Assembly: GCA_965644495.1 (NCBI GenBank)
Contig: CBFFSA010000011.1
Span: 589,231-653,230, forward strand
Direction: 5' to 3'
Source of the DNA: Perkinsela sp. CCAP 1560/9
Lineage: Eukaryota > Protista > Euglenozoa: Kinetoplastea
DNA length: 64,000 bases
A model generated the notes under the pieces. It saw nothing but the letters and a program-made list of their open reading frames with translations. It had not been told where the DNA came from and ran no database searches. Shown here piece by piece: positions 27,001-42,000 of this stretch; position 1 is the stretch's first letter; every line of letters starts with the position of its first letter. The translations under genes and the position numbers were made by a program.

Positions 27001-30000
27001 AAGGTCTTCAAAAAAACAAAGGTCTTCAAAAAAACAAAGGTCTTCAAAAACAAAGGTCTTCAAAAAAACAAAGGTCTTCAAAAAAACAAAGGTCTTCAAA
27101 AAAACAAAGGTCTTCAAAAAAACAAAGGTCTTCAAAAAAACAAAGGTCTTCAAAAAAACATAGGTCTTCAAAAAAACAAAGGTCTTCAAAAAAACAAAAG
27201 TCTTCAAAAAAACAAAGGTCTTCAAAAAAACAAAGGTCTTCAAAAACAAAGGTCTTCAAAAAAACAAAGGTCTTCAAAAAAACAAAGGTCTTCAAAAAAA
27301 GAAAGGTCTTCAAAAAAAACAAAGGTCTTCAAAAACAAACGTCTTCAAAAAAACAAAGGTCTTCAAAAAGTCAAAAGGTCTTCAAAAAAAAGGTCTTCAA
27401 AAAAACAAAGGTCTTCAAAAAAACAAAGGTCTTCAAAAAAACAAAAGCTCTTCAAAAAAAGAAAGGTCTTCAAAAAAACAAAGGTCTTCAAAAAAACAAA
27501 GGTCTTCAAAAAAACAAAAGTCTTCAAAAAAACAAAGGTCTTCAAAAAAACAAAGGTCTTCAAAAAAACAAAGGTCTTCAAAAAAAAAAGGTCTTCAAAA
27601 AAAACAAAGGTCTTCAAAAAAACAAAAGTCTTCAAAAAAACAAAGGTCTTCGAAAAAACAAAGGTCTTCAAAAAAACAAAAGTCTTTAGAAAAACAAAGT
27701 CTTCAAAAAATCAAAGGTCTTCAAAAAAACAAAGGTCTTCAAAAAAACAAAGGTCTTCAAAAAAACAAAGGTCTTCAAAAAAACAAAGGTCTTCAAAAAA
27801 ACAAAGGTCTTCAAAAAAAACAAAGGTGATCAAAAAAACAAAGGTCTTCAAAAAAACAAAGGTCTTCAAAAAAAAAAAGGTCTTCAAAAAAACAAAGGTC
27901 TTCAAAAAAACAAAGGTCTTCAAAAAAACAAAGGTCTTCAAAAACAAAGGTCTTCAAAAAAACAAAGGTCTTCAAAAAAACAAAGGTCTTCAAAAAAACA
28001 AAGGTCTTCAAAAAAACAAAGGTCTTCAAAAAAACAAAGGTCTTCAAAAAAACATAGGTCTTCAAAAAAACAAAGGTCTTCAAAAAAACAAAGGTCTTCA
28101 AAAAAACAAAGGTCTTCAAAAAAACAAAGGTCTTCAAAAACAAAGGTCTTCAAAAAAACAAAGGTCTTCAAAAAAACAAAGGTCTTCAAAAAAAGAAAGG
28201 TCTTCAAAAAAAACAAAGGTCTTCAAAAACAAACGTCTTCAAAAAAACAAAGGTCTTCAAAAAAACAAAGGTCTTCAAAAACAAAGGTCTTCAAAAAAAC
28301 AAAGGTCTTCAAAAAAACAAAGGTCTTCAAAAAAAGAAAGGTCTTCAAAAAAAACAAAGGTCTTCAAAAACAAAGGTCTTCAAAAAAACAAAGGTCTTCA
28401 AAAAGTCAAAAGGTCTTCAAAAAAAAAGGTCTTCAAAAAAACAAAGGTCTTCAAAAAAACAAAGGTCTTCAAAAAAACAAAAGGTCTTCAAAAAAAGAAA
28501 GGTCTTCAAAAAAACAAAGGTCTTCAAAAAAACAAAGGTCTTCAAAAAAACAAAGGTCTTCAAAAAAACATAGGTCTTCAAAAAAACAAAGGTCTTCAAA
28601 AAAACAAAGGTCTTCAAAAAAAAAAAGGTCTTCAAAAAAAAAAAGGTCTTCAAAAAAAAAAAGGTCTTCAAAAAAAACAAAGGTCTTCAAAAAAACAAAA
28701 GTCTTCAAAAAAACAAAGTCTTCAAAAAATCAAAGGTCTTCAAAAAAACAAAGGTCTTCAAAAAAACAAAGGTCTTCAAAAAAACAAAGGTCTTCAAAAA
28801 AACAAAGGTCTTCAAAAAAAAACAAAGGTCTTCAAAAAAACAAAGGTCTTCAAAAAAACAAAGGTCTTCAAAAAAACAAAGGTCTTCAAAAAAACAAAGG
28901 TCTTCAAAAAAACAAAGGTCTTCAAAAAAACAAAGGTCTTCAAAAACAAAGGTCTTCAAAAAAACAAAGGTCTTCAAAAAAACAAAGGTCTTCAAAAAAA
29001 GAAAGGTCTTCAAAAAAAACAAAGGTCTTCAAAAAAAAGGTCTTCAAAAAAACAAAGGTCTTCAAAAAAACAAAGGTCTTCAAAAAAACAAAGGTCTTCA
29101 AAAAAACAAAGGTCTTCAAAAAAACAAAGGTCTTCAAAAAAACAAAAGGTCTTCAAAAAAAGAAAGGTCTTCAAAAAAACAAAGGTCTTCAAAAAAGCAA
29201 AGGTCTTCGAAAAAACAAAGGTCTTCAAAAAAACAAAGGTCTTCAAAAAAACAAAGGTCTTCAAAAAAACAAAGGTCTTCAAAAAAACATAGGTCTTCAA
29301 AAAAACAAAGGTCTTCAAAAAAACAAAGGTCTTCAAAAAAACAAAAGTCTTCAAAAAAACAAAGGTCTTCAAAAAAACAAAGGTCTTCAAAAAAAAAAAG
29401 GTCTTCAAAAAAAACAAAGGTCTTCAAAAAAACAAAAGTCTTCAAAAAAACAAAGTCTTCAAAAAATCAAAGGTCTTCAAAAAAACAAAGGTCTTCAAAA
29501 AAACAAAGGTCTTCAAAAAAACAAAGGTCTTCAAAAAAACAAAGGTCTTCAAAAAAACAAAGGTCTTCAAAAAAACAAAGGTCTTCAAAAAAAGAAAGGT
29601 CTTCAAAAAAAACAAAGGTCTTCAAAAAAAAGGTCTTCAAAAAAACAAAGGTCTTCAAAAAAACAAAGGTCTTCAAAAAAAAACAAAGGTCTTCAAAAAA
29701 ACAAAGGTCTTCAAAAAAAAACAAAGGTCTTCAAAAAAACAAAGGTCTTCAAAAAAACAAAGGTCTTCAAAAAAACAAAGGTCTTCAAAAAAACAAAGGT
29801 CTTCAAAAAAACAAAGGTCTTCAAAAAAACAAAGGTCTTCAAAAACAAAGGTCTTCAAAAAAACAAAGGTCTTCAAAAAAACAAAGGTCTTCAAAAAAAG
29901 AAAGGTCTTCAAAAAAAACAAAGGTCTTCAAAAAAAAGGTCTTCAAAAAAACAAAGGTCTTCAAAAAAACAAAGGTCTTCAAAAAAACAAAGGTCTTCAA

Positions 30001-33000
30001 AAAAACAAAGGTCTTCAAAAAAACAAAGGTCTTCAAAAAAACAAAAGGTCTTCAAAAAAAGAAAGGTCTTCAAAAAAACAAAGGTCTTCAAAAAAGCAAA
30101 GGTCTTCGAAAAAACAAAGGTCTTCAAAAAAACAAAGGTCTTCAAAAAAACAAAGGTCTTCAAAAAAACAAAGGTCTTCAAAAAAACATAGGTCTTCAAA
30201 AAAACAAAGGTCTTCAAAAAAACAAAGGTCTTCAAAAAAACAAAAGTCTTCAAAAAAACAAAGGTCTTCAAAAAAACAAAGGTCTTCAAAAAAAAAAAGG
30301 TCTTCAAAAAAAACAAAGGTCTTCAAAAAAACAAAAGTCTTCAAAAAAACAAAGTCTTCAAAAAATCAAAGGTCTTCAAAAAAACAAAGGTCTTCAAAAA
30401 AACAAAAGTCTTCAAAAAAACAAAGGTCTTCAAAAAAACAAAGGTCTTCAAAAAAACAAAGGTCTTCAAAAAAACAAAGGTCTTCAAAAAAAGAAAGGTC
30501 TTCAAAAAAAACAAAGGTCTTCAAAAAAAAGGTCTTCAAAAAAACAAAGGTCTTCAAAAAAACAAAGGTCTTCAAAAAAACAAAAGGTCTTCAAAAAAAC
30601 AAAGGTCTTCAAAAAAACAAAGGTCTTCAAAAAAACAAAGGTCTTCAAAAAAACAAAGGTCTTCAAAAACAAAGGTCTTCAAAAAAACAAAGGTCTTCAA
30701 AAAAACAAAGGTCTTCAAAAAAAGAAAGGTCTTCAAAAAAAACAAAGGTCTTCAAAAAAAAGGTCTTCAAAAAAACAAAGGTCTTCAAAAAAACAAAGGT
30801 CTTCAAAAAAACAAAGGTCTTCAAAAAAACAAAGGTCTTCAAAAAAAAAAAGGTCTTCAAAAAAACAAAGGTCTTCAAAAAAACAAAGTTCTTCAAAAAA
30901 AACAAAGGTCTTCAAAAAAACAAAGGTCTTCAAAAAAACAAAGGTCTTCAAAAAAAAACAAAGGTCTTCAAAAAAACAAAGGTCTTCAAAAAAAACAAAG
31001 GTCTTCAAAAAAAACAAAGGTCTTCAAAAAAACATAGGTCTTCAAAAAAACAAAGGTCTTCAAAAAAAACAAAGTTCTTCAAAAAAAACAAAGGTCTTCA
31101 AAAAAACAAAGGTCTTCAAAAAAACAAAGGTCTTCAAAAAAAACAAAGGTCTTCAAAAAAACAAAGGTCTTCAAAAAAAACAAAGGTCTTCAAAAAAAAC
31201 AAAGGTCTTCAAAAAAACATAGGTCTTCAAAAAAACAAAGGTCTTCAAAAAAACAAAGGTCTTCAAAAAAACAAAGGTCTTCAAAAAAACAAAGGTCTTC
31301 AAAAACAAAGGTCTTCAAAAAAACAAAGGTCTTCAAAAAAACAAAGATCTTCAAAAAAAGAAAGGTCTTCAAAAAAAACAAAGGTCTTCAAAAAAACAAA
31401 GGTCTTCAAAAAAACAAAGGTCTTCAAAAAAACAAAGGTCTTCAAAAAAACAAAGGTCTTCAAAAAAACAAAAGGTCTTCAAAAAAAGAAAGGTCTTCAA
31501 AAAAACAAAGGTCTTCAAAAAAACAAAGGTCTTCGAAAAAACAAAGGTCTTCAAAAAAACAAAGGTCTTCAAAAAAACAAAGGTCTTCAAAAAAACAAAG
31601 GTCTTCAAAAAAACAAAAGGTCTTCAAAAAAAGAAAGGTCTTCAAAAAAACAAAGGTCTTCAAAAAAACAAAGGTCTTCGAAAAAACAAAGGTCTTCAAA
31701 AAAACAAAGGTCTTCAAAAAAAAAAAGGTCTTCAAAAAAAACAAAGGTCTTCAAAAAAACAAAAGTCTTTAAAAAAACAAAGTCTTCAAAAAATCAAAGG
31801 TCTTCAAAAAAACAAAGGTCTTCAAAAAAACAAAGGTCTTCAAAAAAACAAAGGTCTTCAAAAAAACAAAGGTCTTCAAAAAAACATAGGTCTTCAAAAA
31901 AACAAAGGTCTTCAAAAAAACAAAGGTCTTCAAAAAAAAAAAGGTCTTCAAAAAAAAAGGGTCTTCAAAAAAAACAAAGGTCTTCAAAAAAACAAAAGTC
32001 TTCAAAAAAACAAAGTCTTCAAAAAATCAAAGGTCTTCAAAAAAACAAAGGTCTTCAAAAAAACAAAGGTCTTCAAAAAAACAAAGGTCTTCAAAAAAAC
32101 AAAGGTCTTCAAAAAAATAAAGGTCTTCAAAAAAACAAAGGTCTTCAAAAAAACAAAGGTCTTCAAAAAAACATAGGTCTTCAAAAAAACAAAGGTCTTC
32201 AAAAAAACAAAGGTCTTCAAAAAAACAAAGGTCTTCAAAAAAAAAAAGGTCTTCAAAAAAACAAAGGTCTTCAAAAAAACAAAGTTCTTCAAAAAAAACA
32301 AAGGTCTTCAAAAAAACAAAGGTCTTCAAAAAAACAAAGGTCTTCAAAAAAAAACAAAGGTCTTCAAAAAAACAAAGGTCTTCAAAAAAAACAAAGGTCT
32401 TCAAAAAAAACAAAGGTCTTCAAAAAAACATAGGTCTTCAAAAAAACAAAGGTCTTCAAAAAAAACAAAGTTCTTCAAAAAAAACAAAGGTCTTCAAAAA
32501 AACAAAGGTCTTCAAAAAAACAAAGGTCTTCAAAAAAAACAAAGGTCTTCAAAAAAACAAAGGTCTTCAAAAAAAACAAAGGTCTTCAAAAAAAACAAAG
32601 GTCTTCAAAAAAACATAGGTCTTCAAAAAAACAAAGGTCTTCAAAAAAACAAAGGTCTTCAAAAAAACAAAGGTCTTCAAAAAAACAAAGGTCTTCAAAA
32701 ACAAAGGTCTTCAAAAAAACAAAGGTCTTCAAAAAAACAAAGATCTTCAAAAAAAGAAAGGTCTTCAAAAAAAACAAAGGTCTTCAAAAAAACAAAGGTC
32801 TTCAAAAAAACAAAGGTCTTCAAAAAAACAAAGGTCTTCAAAAAAACAAAGGTCTTCAAAAAAACAAAAGGTCTTCAAAAAAAGAAAGGTCTTCAAAAAA
32901 ACAAAGGTCTTCAAAAAAACAAAGGTCTTCGAAAAAACAAAGGTCTTCAAAAAAACAAAGGTCTTCAAAAAAACAAAGATCTTCAAAAAAAGAAAGGTCT

Positions 33001-36000
33001 TCAAAAAAAACAAAGGTCTTCAAAAAAACAAAGGTCTTCAAAAAAACAAAGGTCTTCAAAAAAACAAAGGTCTTCAAAAAAACAAAGGTCTTCAAAAAAA
33101 CAAAAGGTCTTCAAAAAAAGAAAGGTCTTCAAAAAAACAAAGGTCTTCAAAAAAACAAAGGTCTTCGAAAAAACAAAGGTCTTCAAAAAAACAAAGGTCT
33201 TCAAAAAAAAAAAGGTCTTCAAAAAAAACAAAGGTCTTCAAAAAAACAAAAGTCTTTAAAAAAACAAAGTCTTCAAAAAATCAAAGGTCTTCAAAAAAAC
33301 AAAGGTCTTCAAAAAAACAAAGGTCTTCAAAAAAACAAAGGTCTTCAAAAAAACAAAGGTCTTCAAAAAAACATAGGTCTTCAAAAAAACAAAGGTCTTC
33401 AAAAAAACAAAGGTCTTCAAAAAAAAAAAGGTCTTCAAAAAAAAAGGGTCTTCAAAAAAAACAAAGGTCTTCAAAAAAACAAAAGTCTTCAAAAAAACAA
33501 AGTCTTCAAAAAATCAAAGGTCTTCAAAAAAACAAAGGTCTTCAAAAAAACAAAGGTCTTCAAAAAAACAAAGGTCTTCAAAAAAACAAAGGTCTTCAAA
33601 AAAACATAGGTCTTCAAAAAAACAAAGGTCATCAAAAAAACAAAGGTCTTCAAAAAAACAAAGGTCTTCAAAAAAAAAAAAGGTCTTCAAAAAAACAAAG
33701 GTCTTCAAAAAAACAAAGGTCTTCAAAAAAACAAAGGTCTTCAAAAAAAACAAAGTTCTTCAAAAAAAACAAAGGTCTTCAAAAAAACAAAGGTCTTCAA
33801 AAAAACAAAGGTCTTCAAAAAAAAACAAAGGTCTTCAAAAAAACAAAGGTCTTCAAAAAAAAACAAAGGTCTTCAAAAAAACAAAGGTCTTCAAAAAAAC
33901 AAAGGTCTTCAAAAAAACAAAGGTCTTCAAAAAAACAAAGGTCTTCAAAAAAACAAAGGTCTTCAAAAAAACAAAGGTCTTCAAAAACAAAGGTCTTCAA
34001 AAAAACAAAGGTCTTCAAAAAAACAAAGGTCTTCAAAAAAAGAAAGGTCTTCAAAAAAAACAAAGGTCTTCAAAAAAACAAAGGTCTTCAAAAAAAACAA
34101 AGTTCTTCAAAAAAAACAAAGGTCTTCAAAAAAACAAAGGTCTTCAAAAAAACATAGGTCTTCAAAAAAACAAAGGTCATCAAAAAAACAAAGGTCTTCA
34201 AAAAAACAAAGGTCTTCAAAAAAAAAAAAGGTCTTCAAAAAAACAAAGGTCTTCAAAAAAAGAAAGGTCTTCAAAAAAAACAAAGGTCTTCAAAAAAACA
34301 AAGGTCTTCAAAAACAAAGGTCTTCAAAAAAACAAAGGTCTTCAAAAAAACAAAGGTCTTCAAAAAAACAAAGGTCTTCAAAAAAACAAAGGTCTTCAAA
34401 AAAACAAAGGTCTTCAAAAAAACAAAGGTCTTCAAAAAAAAAAAAGGTCTTCAAAAAAACAAAGGTCTTCAAAAAAACAAAGGTCTTCAAAAAAACAAAG
34501 GTCTTCAAAAAAAACAAAGTTCTTCAAAAAAAACAAAGGTCTTCAAAAAAACAAAGGTCTTCAAAAAAACAAAGGTCTTCAAAAAAAAACAAAGGTCTTC
34601 AAAAAAACAAAGGTCTTCAAAAAAAAACAAAGGTCTTCAAAAAAACAAAGGTCTTCAAAAAAACAAAGGTCTTCAAAAAAACAAAGGTCTTCAAAAAAAC
34701 AAAGGTCTTCAAAAAAACAAAGGTCTTCAAAAAAACAAAGGTCTTCAAAAACAAAGGTCTTCAAAAAAACAAAGGTCTTCAAAAAAACAAAGGTCTTCAA
34801 AAAAAGAAAGGTCTTCAAAAAAAACAAAGGTCTTCAAAAAAACAAAGGTCTTCAAAAAAAACAAAGTTCTTCAAAAAAAACAAAGGTCTTCAAAAAAACA
34901 AAGGTCTTCAAAAAAACATAGGTCTTCAAAAAAACAAAGGTCATCAAAAAAACAAAGGTCTTCAAAAAAACAAAGGTCTTCAAAAAAAAAAAAGGTCTTC
35001 AAAAAAACAAAGGTCTTCAAAAAAAGAAAGGTCTTCAAAAAAAACAAAGGTCTTCAAAAAAACAAAGGTCTTCAAAAACAAAGGTCTTCAAAAAAACAAA
35101 GGTCTTCAAAAAAACAAAGTCTTCAAAAAAACAAAGGTCTTCAAAAAAACAAAGGTCTTCAAAAAAACAAAGGTCTTCAAAAAAACAAAGGTCTTCAAAA
35201 AAACAAAAGGTCTTCAAAAAAAGAAAGGTCTTCAAAAAAACAAAGGTCTTCAAAAAAACAAAGGTCTTCGAAAAAACAAAGGTCTTCAAAAAAACAAAGG
35301 TCTTCAAAAAAACAAAGGTCTTCAAAAAAACAAAGGTCTTCAAAAAAACATAGGTCTTCAAAAAAACAAAGGTCTTCAAAAAAACAAAGGTCTTCAAAAA
35401 AACAAAAGTCTTCAAAAAAACAAAGGTCTTCAAAAAAACAAAGGTCTTCAAAAAAACAAAGGTCTTCAAAAAAAAAAAGGTCTTCAAAAAAAACAAAGGT
35501 CTTCAAAAAAACAAAAGTCTTCAAAAAAACAAAGTCTTCAAAAAATCAAAGGTCTTCAAAAAAACAAAGGTCTTCAAAAAGACAAAGGTCTTCAAAAAAA
35601 CAAAGGTCTTCAAAAAAACAGAGGTCTTCAAAAAAACAAAGGTCTTCAAAAAAACAAAGGTCTTCAAAAAAACAAAGGTCTTCAAAAAAACATAGGTCTT
35701 CAAAAAAACAAAGGTCATCAAAAAAACAAAGGTCTTCAAAAAAACAAAGGTCTTCAAAAAAAAAAAAGGTCTTCAAAAAAACAAAGGTCTTCAAAAAAAC
35801 AAAGGTCTTCAAAAAAACAAAGGTCTTCAAAAAAACAAAGGTCTTCAAAAAAAACAAAGTTCTTCAAAAAAAACAAAGGTCTTCAAAAAAACAAAGGTCT
35901 TCAAAAAAACAAAGGTCTTCAAAAAAAAACAAAGGTCTTCAAAAAAACAAAGGTCTTCAAAAAAAACAAAGGTCTTCAAAAAAACAAAGGTCTTCAAAAA

Positions 36001-39000
36001 AACAAAGGTCTTCAAAAAAACAAAGGTCTTCAAAAAAACAAAGGTCTTCAAAAAAACAAAGGTCTTCAAAAACAAAGGTCTTCAAAAAAACAAAGGTCTT
36101 CAAAAAAACAAAGGTCTTCAAAAAAAGAAAGGTCTTCAAAAAAAACAAAGGTCTTCAAAAAAAAGGTCTTCAAAAAAACAAAGGTCTTCAAAAAAACAAA
36201 GGTCTTCAAAAAAACAAAGGTCTTCAAAAAAACAAAGGTCTTCAAAAAAAAAAAGGTCTTCAAAAAAACAAAGGTCTTCAAAAAAACAAAGTTCTTCAAA
36301 AAAAACAAAGGTCTTCAAAAAAACAAAGGTCTTCAAAAAAACAAAGGTCTTCAAAAAAAAACAAAGGTCTTCAAAAAAACAAAGGTCTTCAAAAAAAACA
36401 AAGGTCTTCAAAAAAAACAAAGGTCTTCAAAAAAACATAGGTCTTCAAAAAAACAAAGGTCTTCAAAAAAAACAAAGTTCTTCAAAAAAAACAAAGGTCT
36501 TCAAAAAAACAAAGGTCTTCAAAAAAACAAAGGTCTTCAAAAAAAAACAAAGGTCTTCAAAAAAACAAAGGTCTTCAAAAAAAACAAAGGTCTTCAAAAA
36601 AAACAAAGGTCTTCAAAAAAACATAGGTCTTCAAAAAAACAAAGGTCTTCAAAAAAACAAAGGTCTTCAAAAAAACAAAGGTCTTCAAAAAAACAAAGGT
36701 CTTCAAAAACAAAGGTCTTCAAAAAAACAAAGGTCTTCAAAAAAACAAAGATCTTCAAAAAAAGAAAGGTCTTCAAAAAAAACAAAGGTCTTCAAAAAAA
36801 CAAAGGTCTTCAAAAAGTCAAAAGGTCTTCAAAAAAAAAGGTCTTCAAAAAAACAAAGGTCTTCAAAAAAACAAAGGTCTTCAAAAAAACAAAGGTCTTC
36901 AAAAAAACAAAGGTCTTCAAAAAAACAAAGGTCTTCAAAAAAACAAAGGTCTTCAAAAACAAAGGTCTTCAAAAAAACAAAGGTCTTCAAAAAAACAAAG
37001 GTCTTCAAAAAAAGAAAGGTCTTCAAAAAAAACAAAGGTCTTCAAAAAAACAAAGGTCTTCAAAAAAAACAAAGTTCTTCAAAAAAAACAAAGGTCTTCA
37101 AAAAAACAAAGGTCTTCAAAAAAACATAGGTCTTCAAAAAAACAAAGGTCATCAAAAAAACAAAGGTCTTCAAAAAAACAAAGGTCTTCAAAAAAAAAAA
37201 AGGTCTTCAAAAAAACAAAGGTCTTCAAAAAAAGAAAGGTCTTCAAAAAAAACAAAGGTCTTCAAAAAAACAAAGGTCTTCAAAAACAAAGGTCTTCAAA
37301 AAAACAAAGGTCTTCAAAAAAACAAAGGTCTTCAAAAAAACAAAGGTCTTCAAAAAAACAAAGGTCTTCAAAAAAACAAAGGTCTTCAAAAAAACAAAGG
37401 TCTTCAAAAAAAAAAAAGGTCTTCAAAAAAACAAAGGTCTTCAAAAAAACAAAGGTCTTCAAAAAAACAAAGGTCTTCAAAAAAAACAAAGTTCTTCAAA
37501 AAAAACAAAGGTCTTCAAAAAAACAAAGGTCTTCAAAAAAACAAAGGTCTTCAAAAAAAAACAAAGGTCTTCAAAAAAACAAAGGTCTTCAAAAAAAAAC
37601 AAAGGTCTTCAAAAAAACAAAGGTCTTCAAAAAAACAAAGGTCTTCAAAAAAACAAAGGTCTTCAAAAAAACAAAGGTCTTCAAAAAAACAAAGGTCTTC
37701 AAAAAAACAAAGGTCTTCAAAAACAAAGGTCTTCAAAAAAACAAAGGTCTTCAAAAAAACAAAGGTCTTCAAAAAAAGAAAGGTCTTCAAAAAAAACAAA
37801 GGTCTTCAAAAAAACAAAGGTCTTCAAAAAAAACAAAGTTCTTCAAAAAAAACAAAGGTCTTCAAAAAAACAAAGGTCTTCAAAAAAACATAGGTCTTCA
37901 AAAAAACAAAGGTCATCAAAAAAACAAAGGTCTTCAAAAAAACAAAGGTCTTCAAAAAAAAAAAAGGTCTTCAAAAAAACAAAGGTCTTCAAAAAAAGAA
38001 AGGTCTTCAAAAAAAACAAAGGTCTTCAAAAAAACAAAGGTCTTCAAAAACAAAGGTCTTCAAAAAAACAAAGGTCTTCAAAAAAACAAAGGTCTTCAAA
38101 AAAACAAAGGTCTTCAAAAAAACAAAGGTCTTCAAAAAAACAAAGGTCTTCAAAAAAACAAAGGTCTTCAAAAAAACAAAAGGTCTTCAAAAAAAGAAAG
38201 GTCTTCAAAAAAACAAAGGTCTTCAAAAAAACAAAGGTCTTCGAAAAAACAAAGGTCTTCAAAAAAACAAAGGTCTTCAAAAAAACAAAGGTCTTCAAAA
38301 AAACAAAGGTCTTCAAAAAAACATAGGTCTTCAAAAAAACAAAGGTCTTCAAAAAAACAAAGGTCTTCAAAAAAACAAAAGTCTTCAAAAAAACAAAGGT
38401 CTTCAAAAAAACAAAGGTCTTCAAAAAAACAAAGGTCTTCAAAAAAAAAAAGGTCTTCAAAAAAAACAAAGGTCTTCAAAAAAACAAAAGTCTTCAAAAA
38501 AACAAAGTCTTCAAAAAATCAAAGGTCTTCAAAAAAACAAAGGTCTTCAAAAAGACAAAGGTCTTCAAAAAAACAAAGGTCTTCAAAAAAACAGAGGTCT
38601 TCAAAAAAACAAAGGTCTTCAAAAAAACAAAGGTCTTCAAAAAAACAAAGGTCTTCAAAAAAACATAGGTCTTCAAAAAAACAAAGGTCATCAAAAAAAC
38701 AAAGGTCTTCAAAAAAACAAAGGTCTTCAAAAAAAAAAAAGGTCTTCAAAAAAACAAAGGTCTTCAAAAAAACAAAGGTCTTCAAAAAAACAAAGGTCTT
38801 CAAAAAAACAAAGGTCTTCAAAAAAAACAAAGTTCTTCAAAAAAAACAAAGGTCTTCAAAAAAACAAAGGTCTTCAAAAAAACAAAGGTCTTCAAAAAAA
38901 AACAAAGGTCTTCAAAAAAACAAAGGTCTTCAAAAAAAAACAAAGGTCTTCAAAAAAACAAAGGTCTTCAAAAAAACAAAGGTCTTCAAAAAAACAAAGG

Positions 39001-42000
39001 TCTTCAAAAAAACAAAGGTCTTCAAAAAAACAAAGGTCTTCAAAAACAAAGGTCTTCAAAAAAACAAAGGTCTTCAAAAAAACAAAGGTCTTCAAAAAAA
39101 GAAAGGTCTTCAAAAAAAACAAAGGTCTTCAAAAAAAAGGTCTTCAAAAAAACAAAGGTCTTCAAAAAAACAAAGGTCTTCAAAAAAACAAAGGTCTTCA
39201 AAAAAACAAAGGTCTTCAAAAAAAAAAAGGTCTTCAAAAAAACAAAGGTCTTCAAAAAAACAAAGTTCTTCAAAAAAAACAAAGGTCTTCAAAAAAACAA
39301 AGGTCTTCAAAAAAACAAAGGTCTTCAAAAAAAAACAAAGGTCTTCAAAAAAACAAAGGTCTTCAAAAAAAACAAAGGTCTTCAAAAAAAACAAAGGTCT
39401 TCAAAAAAACATAGGTCTTCAAAAAAACAAAGGTCTTCAAAAAAAACAAAGTTCTTCAAAAAAAACAAAGGTCTTCAAAAAAACAAAGGTCTTCAAAAAA
39501 ACAAAGGTCTTCAAAAAAAAACAAAGGTCTTCAAAAAAACAAAGGTCTTCAAAAAAAACAAAGGTCTTCAAAAAAAACAAAGGTCTTCAAAAAAACATAG
39601 GTCTTCAAAAAAACAAAGGTCTTCAAAAAAACAAAGGTCTTCAAAAAAACAAAGGTCTTCAAAAAAACAAAGGTCTTCAAAAACAAAGGTCTTCAAAAAA
39701 ACAAAGGTCTTCAAAAAAACAAAGATCTTCAAAAAAAGAAAGGTCTTCAAAAAAAACAAAGGTCTTCAAAAAAACAAAGGTCTTCAAAAAGTCAAAAGGT
39801 CTTCAAAAAAAAAGGTCTTCAAAAAAACAAAGGTCTTCAAAAAAACAAAGGTCTTCAAAAAGTCAAAAGGTCTTCAAAAAAAAAGGTCTTCAAAAAAACA
39901 AAGGTCTTCAAAAAAACAAAGGTCTTCGAAAAAACAAAGGTCTTCAAAAAAACAAAGGTCTTCAAAAAAACAAAGGTCTTCAAAAAAACAAAGGTCTTCG
40001 AAAAAACAAAGGTCTTCAAAAAAACAAAGGTCTTCAAAAAAACAAAGGTCTTCAAAAAAAGAAAGGTCTTCAAAAAAACAAAGGTCTTCAAAAAAACAAA
40101 GGTCTGCAAAAAAACAAAGGCCTTCAAAAAAACAAAGGTCTTCAAAAAACGAAAGGTCTTCAAAAAAAACAAAGGTCTTCAAAAACAAAGGTCTTCAAAA
40201 AAACAAAGGTCTTCAAAAAAACAAAGGTCTTCAAAAAAAGAAAGGTCTTCAAAAACAAAGGTCTTCAAAAAAACAAAGGTCTTCAAAAAGTCAAAAGGTC
40301 TTCAAAAAAAAAGGTCTTCAAAAAAACAAAGGTCTTCAAAAAAACAAAGGTCTTCAAAAAAACAAAAGGTCTTCAAAAAAAGAAAGGTCTTCAAAAAAAC
40401 AAAGGTCTTCAAAAAAACAAAGGTCTTCGAAAAAACAAAGGTCTTCAAAAAAACAAAGGTCTTCAAAAAAAAAAAGGTCTTCAAAAAAACAAAGTCTTCA
40501 AAAAATCAAAGGTCTTCAAAAAAACAAAGGTCTTCAAAAAAACAAAGGTCTTCAAAAAAACAAAGGTCTTCAAAAAAACAAAGGTCTTCAAAAAAACAAA
40601 GGTCCTCAAAAAAACAAAGGTCTTCAAAAAAAACAAAGGTCATCAAAAAAACAAAGGTCTTCAAAAAAACAAAGGTCTTCAAAAAAAAAAAGGTCTTCAA
40701 AAAAACCAAGGTCTTCAAAAAAACAAAGGTCTTCAAAAAAACAAAGGTCTTCAAAAACAAAGGTCTTCAAAAAAACAAAGGTCTTCAAAAAAACAAAGGT
40801 CTTCAAAAAAACAAAGGTCTTCAAAAAAACAAAGGTCTTCAAAAAAACAAAGGTCTTCAAAAAAACAAAGGTCTTCAAAAAAACATAGGTCTTCAAAAGA
40901 AGAAAGGTCTTCAAAAAAACAAAGGTCTTCAAAAAAACAAAGGTCTTCAAAAAAACAAAGGTCTTCAAAAACAAAGGTCTTCAAAAAAACAAAGGTCTTC
41001 AAAAAAACAAAGGTCTTCAAAAAAACAAAGGTCTTCAAAAAAAACAAAGGTCTTCAAAAACAAAGGTCTTCAAAAAAACAAAGGTCTTCAAAAAGTCAAA
41101 AGGTCTTCAAAAAAAAAGGTCTTCAAAAAAACAAAGGTCTTCAAAAAAACAAAGGTCTTCAAAAAAACAAAGGTCTTCAAAAAAAACAAAGGTCTTCAAA
41201 AAAACAAAGGTCTTCAAAAAAACAAAAGGTCTTCAAAAAAGGAAAGGTCTTCAAAAAAACAAAGGTCTTCAAAAAAACAAAGGTCTTCGAAAAAACAAAG
41301 GTCTTCAAAAAAACAAAGGTCTTCAAAAAAACAAAGGTCTTCAAAAAAACAAAGGTCTTCAAAAAAACATAGGTCTTCAAAAAAACAAAGGTCTTCAAAA
41401 AAACGAAGGTCTTCAAAAAAACAAACGTCTTCAAAAAAACAAAGGTCTTCAAAAAAACAAACGTCTTCAAAAAAAAAAAGATCTTCAAAAAAAACAAAGG
41501 TCTTCAAAAAAACAAAAGTCATCAAAAAAACAAAGGTCTTCAAAAAAACAAAGGTCTTCAAAAAAACAAAGGTCTTCAAAAAAACAGAGGTCTTCAAAAA
41601 CAAAGGTCTTCAAAAAAACAAAGGTCTTCAAAAAGTCAAAAGGTCTTCAAAAAAAAAGGTCTTCAAAAAAACAAAGGTCTTCAAAAAAACGAAGGTCTTC
41701 AAAAAAACAAACGTCTTCAAAAAAACAAAGGTCTTCAAAAAAACAAACGTCTTCAAAAAAAAAAAGATCTTCAAAAAAAACAAAGGTCTTCAAAAAAACA
41801 AAAGTCATCAAAAAAACAAAGGTCTTCAAAAAAACAAAGGTCTTCAAAAAAACAAAGGTCTTCAAAAAAACAGAGGTCTTCAAAAAAACAAAGGTCTTCA
41901 AAAAAACAAAGGTCTTCAAAAAAACAAAGGTCTTCAAAAAAACAAAGGTCTTCAAAAAAAACAAAGGTCTTCAAAAAAACAAAAGTCTTCAAAAAAACAA